Positions 1 through 8,648 of a stretch of 28,198 nucleotides of DNA are shown here, in pieces (the stretch's first letter is position 1; every line of letters starts with the position of its first letter). The notes beneath the pieces are model-generated. The model did not search any database and was not told the origin of the DNA. It was given only the letters and a program-made list of their open reading frames with translations. The DNA is from a virus. Taxonomy: Duplodnaviria; Caudoviricetes. The DNA is taken from positions 1-28,198 of IMG/VR virus record IMGVR_UViG_3300020043_005268; one strand, given 5' to 3'. The position numbers and the translations under genes are program-made.

Positions 1-103
1 ATTCTCAGAACGGGGGATCGTCGTAACCCAGTGCCGCCTGCTGCGGCTGTGCCTGCGCGGGCTGCGGTGCAGGCAACGGCTGCGGCGCCTGGCGCACCAC
101 CTG
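1..103. repeat. 103-bp exact inverted copy of 7879-7981 (3' end of ssb)
   Basis: Reverse complement of 1-103 (caggtggtgcgcc...cccccgttctgagaat) matches 7879-7981 base for base; identity ends at 104/7878. Confidence 0.97.
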
Positions 104-328
104 GGCGACCAGGGATGCCTTGGTGGATTGGTCGTAGCGGAAGGCGTTCCGGGTGAACGCGGTGGGCGAGACGAAGGAGGTGGCGGTCTGCGCCTTGTAG
201 GCGAGCTGCACGTCGCGTGCGGTCTGGTTGAGGGCCAGGGAGGTGGCGAAGGGAAGCTGACCCTTGAACTCGGCCAGGAAGCGTTGTGTGGTGTCGAGGC
301 CCTTGGTGGAGACGTCGAAGGAGATCAC
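5..328 (-). CDS. Phage morphogenesis-type protein N-terminus (HK97 gp10/gpZ-like) fused in frame to the SSB C-terminal tail; probably chimeric
   Basis: N-terminal QLPFATSLALNQTARDVQ...PTAFTRNAFRY resembles a common phage late-gene family; the last 32 aa (QVVRQAP...YDDPPF) are identical to the SSB tail. Confidence 0.55.
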   Translation of the reverse strand: MISFDVSTKGLDTTQRFLAEFKGQLPFATSLALNQTARDVQLAYKAQTATSFVSPTAFTRNAFRYDQSTKASLVAQVVRQAPQPLPAPQPAQAQPQQAALGYDDPPF

Positions 329-370
329 GGCGCTGGGTGCGGTGGGTCCAGTGTGGCGCGGGGTGGGCTC

Positions 371-643
371 CTCACGGTCCTCACGGTCGTCTCACGGTTG
401 GCGTGAGAAAGGTTTTTGAGTGGTGGTCTGGGATCTGGGGGCCTTCTCACGTTCTCACACCCTTTCAAAAGAGGATTTATATATGAGAGGGGTTGATCTC
501 TGCCTTTCACACACACACACGCTCTCTCTCTATAGGGGGGGCTCTCTCCGGGGAGAGCGTGAGAACGTGAGGGACGCCAAGATCCCTGTGATACCAAAGG
601 GTTTGGCCCTCACGGTTCTCTCACGGTCTGACGGTTTCTCACG
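371..643. promoter_or_regulatory. Putative phage replication origin (CTCACG iterons around an AT-rich core)
   Basis: CTCACG at 371, 380, 391, 446, 609, 620, 638; inverted CGTGAG at 402, 558, 566; 13-bp inverted repeat 446-458/559-571; AT-rich core at about 464-486; lies directly downstream of the primase-helicase gene. Confidence 0.75.
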
Positions 644-3203
644 CTTCAGCGGGCCGATCAGCCCCATCGATGGCATCCAGCGGGATTCTCACAGCCCTTG
701 AAGTGGCACCGGCTCCCTTGAAGTAGACCGACCCTGCCTTGGTCGCACCGGGCAGCCTGGCCAGGACCGTGGGCCAGCAGTTCGCCCATGCCGTGTCACC
801 CAGGATGCGGGCGATGGCCTCGGCGTTGTTGGAGATCAGGACGGCGCCATCCTCTGCCCTGATGCCGTTGCGGCCAAGGGTTGACAGGGCCAGGGATTGC
901 CCGATGCCGTCTGGCTCGTAGGCATAGCCCAGGGCGAGCTCCACCAGCTCACCCACGGATCGAGTGACGACCTTCTCACCCTCGACGCGGAGCTGATGCT
1001 GGAGGATGCGCTGGATGCAGCGTCGCTCGTCGGGGATCTCGACCGACTGGCTGTACGGCGTCCAGTCCTTGGCGTCAATGACCTGAGCGGCCTGCTCGGG
1101 TGTGACCACCTCCTGGCTCTGGAGCGACCATGCGCCGGCCAGAAGGGTGCCGTACTGATCGCAGAGCCGCGGCGAGTCGAACCGCTCAGCACAGGCGCGA
1201 ACGAACACGCGGACCGATGCGCGGATGGTGGGGATCAGGGCGACCGTGCGTGCCTGCAGCCGGCGGCCGATGTCGTCGCTGATGTAGGTGTCCAGGTCGC
1301 GGTCGAGCTGCTCCCAGTGGGCGATGCGGATGGGCTTCGGGATCTCGGTGGGGTTGCGGAGCGTGAGCTGTGCGAACCGGCTGCGATCGGCGCCCTGCTT
1401 CAGGGCGGTGGCGATGGAGGAGAGCAGGAACATGGAACGGATGCTGTAGCGCTGCGTGTCGCCCTCTGGGGAGCCCTTGTAGGTGTGCGCGCGGGACTGG
1501 GAGGATGCGACGCGCGCCAGGCCGAGGATGGCCTGCATCCGTGCCTGATCCGGCTTCTCGTTGGACTCGGCCTCGTCGAACACGACAGGCAGGGCACAGG
1601 CGCGGAGAGCCTGGCGGATGCCGGGCTCTGTGGTGTTGCCCTGGACGTTCAGGGCAAGGTCACCCAGGAGCGGGGTGATGTAGCGGTCGAGGATGGCGGA
1701 CTTCCCAGAGCCGGCGCTGGCGGTCAGCCAGGCGTGTGGGCGCCAGTCGAGCGCGCCGCAGATCGGGGCGAGGGTGACCCAGCCGGCCATGAGGATGCCG
1801 GAGGCTGGCACCTCCCAGTGGAAGCGTTCAGCGATCAGGCCGAGGATCGCGGATTCGTCGTCTGATAGCGGCTCAGCACCGGTCGGGCCCTGGAGTGAGC
1901 TGAGGCGCTGGTAGAGGAAGGAGCTGCCCTGCAGGCGGTCGCAGACGGACTGTTCGCGGCCATCGACAATGAGCCTGTCGCCCAGGTGCAGGACTGAGCG
2001 GCCACCGTCCCACCATGCGCCACGGCCGCGGATGCGATCGGGGCAGTAGACACCGACGCTGGCCTGGTCGTCGAACAGCTGCGAGGCTGCTGCGGTCCAG
2101 TTCGGGCCGCCCCGGCCGCCAGGGTGTGCCGACTCCCAGTAGGCGAGGGGAGCGAGCGCGCAGAGGTTGGTGCCGCTGTGTGCGGAGCGTGAAAGGCGGA
2201 TGACCTGGCCGGTGCGGTGCGGCTGGTAGTAAAAGGCGTCGTGATCGAAGCCCAGGCAGGTGAAGTAGGCCGAGGTTGGCTTGGGCGGTTCTGGTGATGC
2301 TGTGGGTGCTGGTGGCTGCGGATCAGGGATGGCCTGCTGCTCTGCCTTGGGCTGAGACTTGAGGTCTGGCAGGTCGATCGGCTTGATGTGATCGCGGACA
2401 TAGGCCATGGCCTCGGCGGGCGACCATGAGGCGTCTGCGATGTCCCAGCCCTCTGGGAAGTCGGGATCGTTGGCGATGGCCTTGAGGGTGCAGCCGAGGT
2501 TCAGAAGCTTGCTGCCAAGCTCTGCCATGGCCGTCTGGCCTGGGTAGTCGTTGTCGGGCCACAGCGTGACGTTCCGGCCGCGCAGCGGGCCCCAGTCAGC
2601 CTTGCTGATCGCCTTGCAGCCGGATGGCCAGGTGGTGACGACCAGGGAGGGGAAGAGCGCGGCGGCGGCATCGGCTGCCTTCTCGCCCTCGACGATGAGC
2701 ACCTTGGCGTCGGGCTGCGCCTGCAGCTGGGCGAGGTTGAGCAGGGGGCGAGGTGCTGGCGGTGCCTTCCATCGCCAGGCGGTGCCGTCCCACCAGAGGG
2801 GGCGGATCTTCTTCCCGGGGAAGCGGCAGACCAGGAAGGTGGAGCTATAGCGCCAGACGGAATCAGCGCCGGCGGTGGGGGGATCTATCAGGGGAGGCGA
2901 TGCGGTGAATCCAATGCCGAGGTGCTGCTCCACGCCGCGTGCGGCATCGGGGAAGTCCCAGCCGGTGCGCCGCATGAGGAGATCAATGCCGGAGCCGGCG
3001 CCGCCCTGCTGATCACGGCCTCCGCACCGGTTGCAGAACCATGACCCGGAACCGTCGATGTCATCGAAGCGGTAGCGGTCTTCACCACCGCAGAGCGGGC
3101 ATGGCTGGTGCTTGTCGGTGAGCTGCTGCGCGGAGAGGCCGGCGAGGCTGGCGAGGATGTCAGGCCAGCGGCCTCGTGCGGCCTCGGTGAGGCGGGTGCT
3201 CAT
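639..3203 (-). CDS. P4-alpha-like primase-helicase (Zn ribbon + TOPRIM + P-loop helicase)
   Basis: HQPCPLCGGEDRYRFDD...WFCNRCG zinc-binding domain; TOPRIM motifs IVEGEKAAD and WPDND; Walker A ASAGSGKS and Walker B VVFDEAE. Confidence 0.92.
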   Translation of the reverse strand: MSTRLTEAARGRWPDILASLAGLSAQQLTDKHQPCPLCGGEDRYRFDDIDGSGSWFCNRCGGRDQQGGAGSGIDLLMRRTGWDFPDAARGVEQHLGIGFTASPPLIDPPTAGADSVWRYSSTFLVCRFPGKKIRPLWWDGTAWRWKAPPAPRPLLNLAQLQAQPDAKVLIVEGEKAADAAAALFPSLVVTTWPSGCKAISKADWGPLRGRNVTLWPDNDYPGQTAMAELGSKLLNLGCTLKAIANDPDFPEGWDIADASWSPAEAMAYVRDHIKPIDLPDLKSQPKAEQQAIPDPQPPAPTASPEPPKPTSAYFTCLGFDHDAFYYQPHRTGQVIRLSRSAHSGTNLCALAPLAYWESAHPGGRGGPNWTAAASQLFDDQASVGVYCPDRIRGRGAWWDGGRSVLHLGDRLIVDGREQSVCDRLQGSSFLYQRLSSLQGPTGAEPLSDDESAILGLIAERFHWEVPASGILMAGWVTLAPICGALDWRPHAWLTASAGSGKSAILDRYITPLLGDLALNVQGNTTEPGIRQALRACALPVVFDEAESNEKPDQARMQAILGLARVASSQSRAHTYKGSPEGDTQRYSIRSMFLLSSIATALKQGADRSRFAQLTLRNPTEIPKPIRIAHWEQLDRDLDTYISDDIGRRLQARTVALIPTIRASVRVFVRACAERFDSPRLCDQYGTLLAGAWSLQSQEVVTPEQAAQVIDAKDWTPYSQSVEIPDERRCIQRILQHQLRVEGEKVVTRSVGELVELALGYAYEPDGIGQSLALSTLGRNGIRAEDGAVLISNNAEAIARILGDTAWANCWPTVLARLPGATKAGSVYFKGAGATSRAVRIPLDAIDGADRPAEA

Positions 3204-3469
3204 TGCTCAGCGGTCGGCATGAGCGGATCGAACGGATCGACGCCGGGTGGGGTCGGTGCGGCCTGAGCAGCGCGCCGATACAGCTGCCGGCACTGGCGCA
3301 CGGTGGCCTCAGTGGCGAGCCATGTCCAGCCGCGGTGCCTGATCTGGATCTCGGCCCAGTGCTCAGGCTTCTCAGCCCAGCGGAGTACCAGGTGGTCGTT
3401 GTCGGGGTCGCAGTGCCAGGCGTCGCGGTAGAGGCGGCGCAGGCGATGCAGCGCGGTGGTGGGGTCCAT
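3200..3469 (-). CDS. Hypothetical protein
   Basis: 89-aa ORF with ATGA overlap onto the primase start; first gene after the promoter at 3494-3545. Confidence 0.75.
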   Translation of the reverse strand: MDPTTALHRLRRLYRDAWHCDPDNDHLVLRWAEKPEHWAEIQIRHRGWTWLATEATVRQCRQLYRRAAQAAPTPPGVDPFDPLMPTAEQ

Positions 3470-3493
3470 GGTCGGGTTGAAGATTCATCCCCG

Positions 3494-3545
3494 ACCCTAT
3501 GGGCTGCGCTGCTGGCGTGCTGGCCTAGAGCAACATTCCGTTACA
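3494..3545 (-). promoter_or_regulatory. Boxed promoter D: TGTAACGGAATGTTGCT-N29-TAGGGT
   Basis: Box at 3529-3545 and -10-like hexamer at 3494-3499 (minus strand); same architecture as the sites at 5687, 11872 and 13373. Confidence 0.6.
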
Positions 3546-3888
3546 GGCGCAGGATGGACAGGGCGTCAGGGACGGACCGGGCGATGCCGGCAAGGCCGCC
3601 GGCCCCCTGCACCAGGTTGATGAAGGCGGTCTGCTGGGTGGTGGGTCTGGCGCGGTCCTTCACCTCGACCGCGGCGAAGATGGCGACCCGCTGCCCGACC
3701 ATCTCGGGTGTGATCACCACGGTGCGGAAGCCGATCAGATCGGAGCTGCCCGGGCACAGGCCGTAGCGCACCAGCTGCCCGGCCTGGTCCTTGAGGGCGC
3801 CGACGTTGTTTCGCCAGAGGCGTGCGGGGCCGGAGCCGGCTGCGAGCTGGATCTCGGACTGGATGCGGCGCTCGTCGGATCGGGTCAT
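3541..3888 (-). CDS. VRR-NUC family PD-(D/E)XK nuclease
   Basis: ERRIQSEI...LWRNNVG...GSSDLIG...FAAVEVK...QQTAF...GGLAGIARS pattern; start placed at ATG 3888. Confidence 0.88.
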   Translation of the reverse strand: MTRSDERRIQSEIQLAAGSGPARLWRNNVGALKDQAGQLVRYGLCPGSSDLIGFRTVVITPEMVGQRVAIFAAVEVKDRARPTTQQTAFINLVQGAGGLAGIARSVPDALSILRL

Positions 3889-3908
3889 GCGGTCTGGGCC
3901 CGGGGTGC

Positions 3909-4256
3909 TCAGATGTGCTCTTGATTGTGGCAGGCCCTGCATAGAACCTCCAGAAGATGTAGGTTCTCTAGCTCAGTGTGTCGAGCGCAGTAGGACTTGT
4001 GATGAACCTGTAGCGCGCTGTCTTGCCCACACCTCTCGCACTTGTATCCAGCCCTGTGGAGAACCGTTGCCCTAACGTTTGCCCAATAGGTTGAGCCAAG
4101 ATAATCGCTGTAATCCTCCTGCCTTGTAGCAGCTTCTACGCCTTTTGATCTCAGCGATTCGTCGATGTCATCGTCTGGATCGTCTAAGAAGTCAGACTCT
4201 CTGAAATCCCATAACTGGTGTTCATAGTCTCCGTAGCGGTAGTTCTTGTGCCTCAT
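3909..4256 (-). CDS. HNH endonuclease
   Basis: CERCG...LQVHHKSY...ENLHLLEVLCRACHNQEH; ATG overlaps the helicase stop (ATGA); lower GC than flanks. Confidence 0.88.
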   Translation of the reverse strand: MRHKNYRYGDYEHQLWDFRESDFLDDPDDDIDESLRSKGVEAATRQEDYSDYLGSTYWANVRATVLHRAGYKCERCGQDSALQVHHKSYCARHTELENLHLLEVLCRACHNQEHI

Positions 4257-5647
4257 GCCGTCCTCCCACGAGAGCGTGCGGCGAGCATGTGCGCCACCCA
4301 TCCTGGCCGGTAGCCGCGCTGGCGGGCGAGTGTTTCGAGCTCGTCGCGGGTGCGGGCCCGGACCACCTCGCGGCGCTCCTGGCGGCGCAGCTCGGCCCCC
4401 GTCATCTCGCGCAGGTCGCCGGCCACTGTGACCAGCTCGCGCCGTGCGGCCGGCACCTCATGTTGGCACTCTGGGCACGGGTTGGCTGCCGATGGGATGG
4501 CCGAGAAACAGGCCGGGCAGATGCGGATCGGAATGGCATCCGAGGCCTTGCGCCCGCGCCCCTTGGGCCGGCCCTCGAGGCTCCAGTCGCGCGGGTCGGT
4601 CGGCAACCCATGCCTCAACGTGTTCCCGACGTGATCGTTCACCACGGCGTGATCCTTCCCGGGGCATGGCCTGAGCACGCGGCCGACCTGCTGCAGATGC
4701 AGTCCCAGGCTGTCGGTCGGCCTGAGCAGGATCGCCCCGGTGACGGAGGGAATGTCTGTGCCCTCGGAGATGATGTCGCAGCTGGTGAGCACCTTGAGCA
4801 CGCCGGCGCCGAGGTCTGCGATCGTGCGCCGGCGCACGCCGCGATCCATGGAGCCATCCAGGGTGGCGGCCGGGATGCCCTGCGCGCGGAAGGCCTCGGC
4901 AACGGCCTCGGCGTGGGCCACGCTGCAGCAGAAGGCGATGGCGGTCCCGTTGTGGTGCGGCTCGATCGTGCGCCGGTAGTGGCTCACCGCGTCCCCCATG
5001 GCCTGCCCCTGGCGCAGCCGCTGCTCCGCCTCGTCGTGGCCCTTGCGGGTGTCGAACCGCTTGATGCCTGATAGGTCGATGCCAGGCGGGGCGAACACGC
5101 GCGCGGGCACCAGGAAGCCCTCAGCGGTGAGCCATGCGGCGTCCGGGCCCTGCACCATGGCGGAGAACTGGTCACCCAGGCCGCGGCCGTCGAGGCGTTC
5201 CGGTGTGGCCGTGACGCCCAGCACCTTGGCCCGGGGCATGGCAGCCAGCACCTTCGCCCAGGTGCCGGCGACGGCATGGTGCGCCTCGTCAACGATCAGC
5301 AGCTGGAAGAAGTCGGGCGGCAGCTGGTGCAGCCTGCGGGCCAGGGTCTGGACGCTGGCGACCTGCACGCCCTGGCGGAGATCCTGCCGGTAGCCGGCGG
5401 CGATGATGCCGTGGTTGCAGCCGATGGCGTGCAGCGATCGGGAGGCCTGATCTACCAGCTCCTGCCGGTGCACCAGGATGGCGACCCGGTTGCCCTTGAT
5501 GGCGGCCTGCTCTGCGATGTGCACGAAGGTGAAGGTCTTGCCGCCGCCGGTGGGCAGGACGAAGAGCACGGCGCGATGGCCGTCCATCAGGGCGCCGCGG
5601 ATCTCAGCGACGGCAGCGGCCTGGAATGGTCGGAGTGAGACAGTCAT
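4253..5647 (-). CDS. SF2 DEAH-box helicase with C-terminal Zn finger (RadD/YejH-like)
   Basis: LRPFQ Q-motif, PTGGGKT, IVDEAHH, TATPERLDG, QQVGRVLR, CPAC...CPEC; start placed at MTVSLRPFQ. Confidence 0.93.
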   Translation of the reverse strand: MTVSLRPFQAAAVAEIRGALMDGHRAVLFVLPTGGGKTFTFVHIAEQAAIKGNRVAILVHRQELVDQASRSLHAIGCNHGIIAAGYRQDLRQGVQVASVQTLARRLHQLPPDFFQLLIVDEAHHAVAGTWAKVLAAMPRAKVLGVTATPERLDGRGLGDQFSAMVQGPDAAWLTAEGFLVPARVFAPPGIDLSGIKRFDTRKGHDEAEQRLRQGQAMGDAVSHYRRTIEPHHNGTAIAFCCSVAHAEAVAEAFRAQGIPAATLDGSMDRGVRRRTIADLGAGVLKVLTSCDIISEGTDIPSVTGAILLRPTDSLGLHLQQVGRVLRPCPGKDHAVVNDHVGNTLRHGLPTDPRDWSLEGRPKGRGRKASDAIPIRICPACFSAIPSAANPCPECQHEVPAARRELVTVAGDLREMTGAELRRQERREVVRARTRDELETLARQRGYRPGWVAHMLAARSRGRTA

Positions 5648-5686
5648 GCGCCGATGCTGCCACCGCCGCCAGCCGCTGCCGGTCAT

Positions 5687-5738
5687 TGTGAAGAAAGATC
5701 ACAGCTGCTGGCATGGGGTGCGGGTGCGCCCATAGGGT
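5687..5738 (+). promoter_or_regulatory. Boxed promoter A: TGTGAAGAAAGATCACA-N29-TAGGGT, in the divergent control region
   Basis: Box TGTGA-N7-TCACA at 5687-5703; TAGGGT at 5733-5738; lies between the divergent replication and recombination operons. Confidence 0.65.
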
Positions 5739-5765
5739 CAGGGCTGACCACCTACACAGACACGC

Positions 5766-5993
5766 ATGACGTGGATCAGGGAGCTTCGATCACGCTTCAC
5801 CTTCTGGCGGTACCGCCGCGCGCTGGATCTGTACCGCCGGGTGCAGGACCAGGAGCACGCCCGTGGGATGACCAACGTGGACCTGGAATGGATGGCACGG
5901 TACGGCGTGCCCGAGGGGTTTCGCACGGCGTGCCAGAAGGAGATGGCCCGGCGGGGGCTGCCGCTGGTGAGGAAGGAGCCGGCCGATGCCTGA
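5766..5993 (+). CDS. Hypothetical protein
   Basis: 75-aa ORF, first of the rightward operon; overlaps the next start, which has an AAGGAG RBS. Confidence 0.7.
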   Translation: MTWIRELRSRFTFWRYRRALDLYRRVQDQEHARGMTNVDLEWMARYGVPEGFRTACQKEMARRGLPLVRKEPADA

Positions 5994-6795
5994 GCTGCAG
6001 TACCACGAAGGCCTGACCAATGAGGCCTATCACCAGCTGGCAGCAGTCAGCCCCAGCCGGCTGAAGGTGCTGGCCCGGTCGCCGCTGCACTTCTTCGATC
6101 AGTACCTGGCAGCCGACCGCGAGGTGAAGCCGGCGACCGAGGCGATGCAACTGGGCACGGCGCTGCACACTGCGGTGATGGAACCGGAGCTGTGGGATGC
6201 CACGGTGGCGGTGCCGCCCCAGGCGTTCGATCGCCGCACGAAGGTGGGGAAGGAGCTCGCAGCTGAGTTCGAGCGTGAGAGCGCCGGGAAGCTGGTGCTG
6301 ACGCCCGACGATGCGGACCAGGTGCAGCGGATGGCGGATGCTGTGCGGCGTCACCCTGCAGCGCGGTTCCTGCTGGACCTGCCGGGCCGGCGGGAGGCGT
6401 CCTACACCTGGACCGATGAGGCTACGGGCCTCGAGTGCAAGTGCCGCCCGGACTGGCACAGCCTCGATGGTCGGCTGGTGGTCGATGTGAAGACCACGAA
6501 GGACGCCAGCCGGGCCGAGTTCGCCAAGTCCATCGCCGGGTTCGACTACCACCTGCAGGCGGCATGGAACACCGATGCGCTCGGCGCGGAGCAGTTCCTC
6601 ACGATCGCAGTGGAGAACACCAGGCCGTTCGCGGTCGCGGTCTACCCTGCGTCCGCGGCGCTGCTGGCCGCCGGCCGTCGGCGTGTCGATGCTGCGCTGA
6701 CCCTGCTGGCTGAATGCCAGGCGTCCGGGCATTGGCCCGGCTACGGCGACCTGGTGGCTGACCCTATTGACCTTCCTGGATGGTGCCATGACTGA
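5986..6795 (+). CDS. RecE/ExoVIII-like PD-(D/E)XK exonuclease (DUF3799-like)
   Basis: YH...VSPSRLK...LGTALHTAVMEP...CKCRPDW...VDVKTT...YHLQAAW motifs; adjacent to annealase and SSB. Confidence 0.9.
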   Translation: MPELQYHEGLTNEAYHQLAAVSPSRLKVLARSPLHFFDQYLAADREVKPATEAMQLGTALHTAVMEPELWDATVAVPPQAFDRRTKVGKELAAEFERESAGKLVLTPDDADQVQRMADAVRRHPAARFLLDLPGRREASYTWTDEATGLECKCRPDWHSLDGRLVVDVKTTKDASRAEFAKSIAGFDYHLQAAWNTDALGAEQFLTIAVENTRPFAVAVYPASAALLAAGRRRVDAALTLLAECQASGHWPGYGDLVADPIDLPGWCHD

Positions 6796-7528
6796 CTCCC
6801 ACGCAATCACGACCACGACCACGCCCGGGGCCGAGGCCCTGGCCTTCCTCCACGACTCCGCCGCGCTGGATCACCTCTACCGGGTGGGCAAGGCCTTCAG
6901 CCTCTCGGGGCTGGTGCCGGTTCACTTCCAGGGCAAGCCTGAGGCGTGCCTGGTGGCGCTGATGTATGCCCAGCAGCTGGGCGAGCACCCGATGCTGGTG
7001 TTCCAGGAGCTGTCTGTGATCAACGGCCGGCCGAGCACCTCGGCCCGGTTCGCCATCGCCCGCGCCAACAAGTCCGGGCTGCTGGCGGGCCCGATCACCT
7101 GGACCGACAAGGGACAGGGGGATGCGCTGGAGGTGACCGCCAGCGCGAAGCTCCGCGAGTCGGGTGAGGTGATCACCGCGACCGTGACCATGAAAGAGGC
7201 CAAGGCCGACGGCTGGACCCGAAACGCCAAGTACCAGTCAATCCCTGCCCAGATGCTGCGCTGGCGTGCGGCGACCCGTCTGATCAGCCTCTACCTGCCG
7301 GAGGTGCTGTTCGGGCTGGGTGTGCGGGAAGAACTGGAGACGGTGAAGCCGGCGACCGTGCGCGAGGTGCAGGTGCAGCAGGATCCTGGGGTAGTGGCTG
7401 ATCTGAACCGCCAGATCGCCGCTGCCGCCCAGGCGCCTGAGGCCCCTGCCCCTGCTGCACCGGCAGCTGCCCCGGCAGAGCCTGACCCTGTGGTCCAGGC
7501 TGAGCTGGTTTCTGATGACCCCTTCTGA
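6788..7528 (+). CDS. RecT/Red-beta-like single-strand annealing protein
   Basis: LVPVHFQGKPEACLVA...VINGRPS...AKADGW...PAQMLRWRA; located between exonuclease and SSB. Confidence 0.82.
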   Translation: MTDSHAITTTTTPGAEALAFLHDSAALDHLYRVGKAFSLSGLVPVHFQGKPEACLVALMYAQQLGEHPMLVFQELSVINGRPSTSARFAIARANKSGLLAGPITWTDKGQGDALEVTASAKLRESGEVITATVTMKEAKADGWTRNAKYQSIPAQMLRWRAATRLISLYLPEVLFGLGVREELETVKPATVREVQVQQDPGVVADLNRQIAAAAQAPEAPAPAAPAAAPAEPDPVVQAELVSDDPF

Positions 7529-7536
7529 GGATTGAC

Positions 7537-7977
7537 ATGAGCTTTCAAGGCATGATCACCGGCCGCGTGGGCCGGCCGCCAGAGATGAAGTTCCTGGACA
7601 GCGGCACCGCGGTCTGTAACTTCTCGGTGGCCGTGAGGCAGCCGAGGAAGCAGGGAACTGAGCAGCCAGCGCGATGGGTGCGTGTGACCTGCTGGGCCCG
7701 CACTGCGGAGTTCGCCGCCAACTACGTGAAGCAGGGTGATGGCATCGTCTGCTACGGGTCGGTGGAGGTGCCCGAGGTATTCCAGAAGCGGGACGGCGGC
7801 CAAGGGATGGCGGAGGCGTTCACGGCGCATCTGATCGAGCCGTGGTCATACCGGCCGGAGGGTGCCGAGGGTGCGCCGCAGGTGGTGCGCCAGGCGCCGC
7901 AGCCGTTGCCTGCACCGCAGCCCGCGCAGGCACAGCCGCAGCAGGCGGCACTGGGTTACGACGATCCCCCGTTCTGA
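7537..7977 (+). CDS. ssb: Single-stranded DNA-binding protein
   Basis: ITGRVGRPPEMKF...VCNFSVAV...WVRVTCWARTAEFAANYVKQGD; Q/P-rich linker and acidic DDPPF tail. Confidence 0.95.
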   Translation: MSFQGMITGRVGRPPEMKFLDSGTAVCNFSVAVRQPRKQGTEQPARWVRVTCWARTAEFAANYVKQGDGIVCYGSVEVPEVFQKRDGGQGMAEAFTAHLIEPWSYRPEGAEGAPQVVRQAPQPLPAPQPAQAQPQQAALGYDDPPF

Positions 7978-7985
7978 GAATCACC

Positions 7986-8519
7986 ATGAGCAACAACGAC
8001 CACACCGCCCGGCCTGAGGCATGGGAAGCGATGGCGCAATGGGCCGCCAGCAGGACAGACTCGCCCGCTGCCGACTGCATCCTTGAACTCCGCGCCCGCG
8101 TGGAGCGGCTGGAGCAGGCGCAGCAGCCCATCCCCCGCTACAACCTCCGCTTCCGGGGCGTTGATCTGATCCCCCCGATCGACTGCCCCGACCCGCTGCT
8201 ATGGATTGCGGAGCAGGTCTACGAGCAGGCCACAGCCAGCGTCATCTGCCCCCACATCGTCAGCAGCGACGAGGGCACCAGCTACTGCGGCCTGGCGGAA
8301 GGCAACTCATCAGCAATCCTTACAAGTTCGCCGCCCGCCCCGAGCACCCCGGCGGGGCAGGGGGAGCTGATGAGTCTTGTGGCGGACGCTGTCGCTTGTG
8401 GTTGCGGCGGCGACTGGACGCCCGAGGCCCGTGCCGCAATCTTCGCCGTGGCCTACTGGCAGCAGCGCCAAGGGTTGCACGCCGCTGCCGACCTGCTCCG
8501 CCGGGAGGTGGGGCGATGA
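7986..8519 (+). CDS. Hypothetical phage protein
   Basis: Starts MSNNDHTARPEAW 8 nt after the ssb stop; CILELRARVERLE coiled segment; ATGA-coupled to the next gene. Confidence 0.75.
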   Translation: MSNNDHTARPEAWEAMAQWAASRTDSPAADCILELRARVERLEQAQQPIPRYNLRFRGVDLIPPIDCPDPLLWIAEQVYEQATASVICPHIVSSDEGTSYCGLAEGNSSAILTSSPPAPSTPAGQGELMSLVADAVACGCGGDWTPEARAAIFAVAYWQQRQGLHAAADLLRREVGR

Positions 8520-8648
8520 GCGACCGTGACCTGATCGCCCGTCTGGCCGCTGCGCTGCGGGTGCAACTCGATGGGGTGGACCTCTACTCCGATCTGCTAG
8601 CTGAGGCTGACGCGCACCAGGGCAAGCCGGGAGGTGGGGCGATGAGCG
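8500..8648 (+). repeat. 23-bp direct repeat GCCGGGAGGTGGGGCGATGAGCG containing RBS and start codon
   Basis: Copies at 8500-8522 and 8626-8648, 126 bp apart (in frame). Confidence 0.92.

Noticed and set aside
371-643. Short repeats as a CRISPR array
   Set aside because: Units are 6-13 bp, irregularly spaced and in both orientations; no cas genes.
5687-5703. Canonical CRP or NtcA site
   Set aside because: Half-site spacing is one base longer than either consensus, both here and at 11872.
104-7878. Invertase-controlled invertible segment between the 103-bp inverted repeats
   Set aside because: No site-specific recombinase in the window; the repeat is coding sequence ending at the window edge, so a chimera is simpler.
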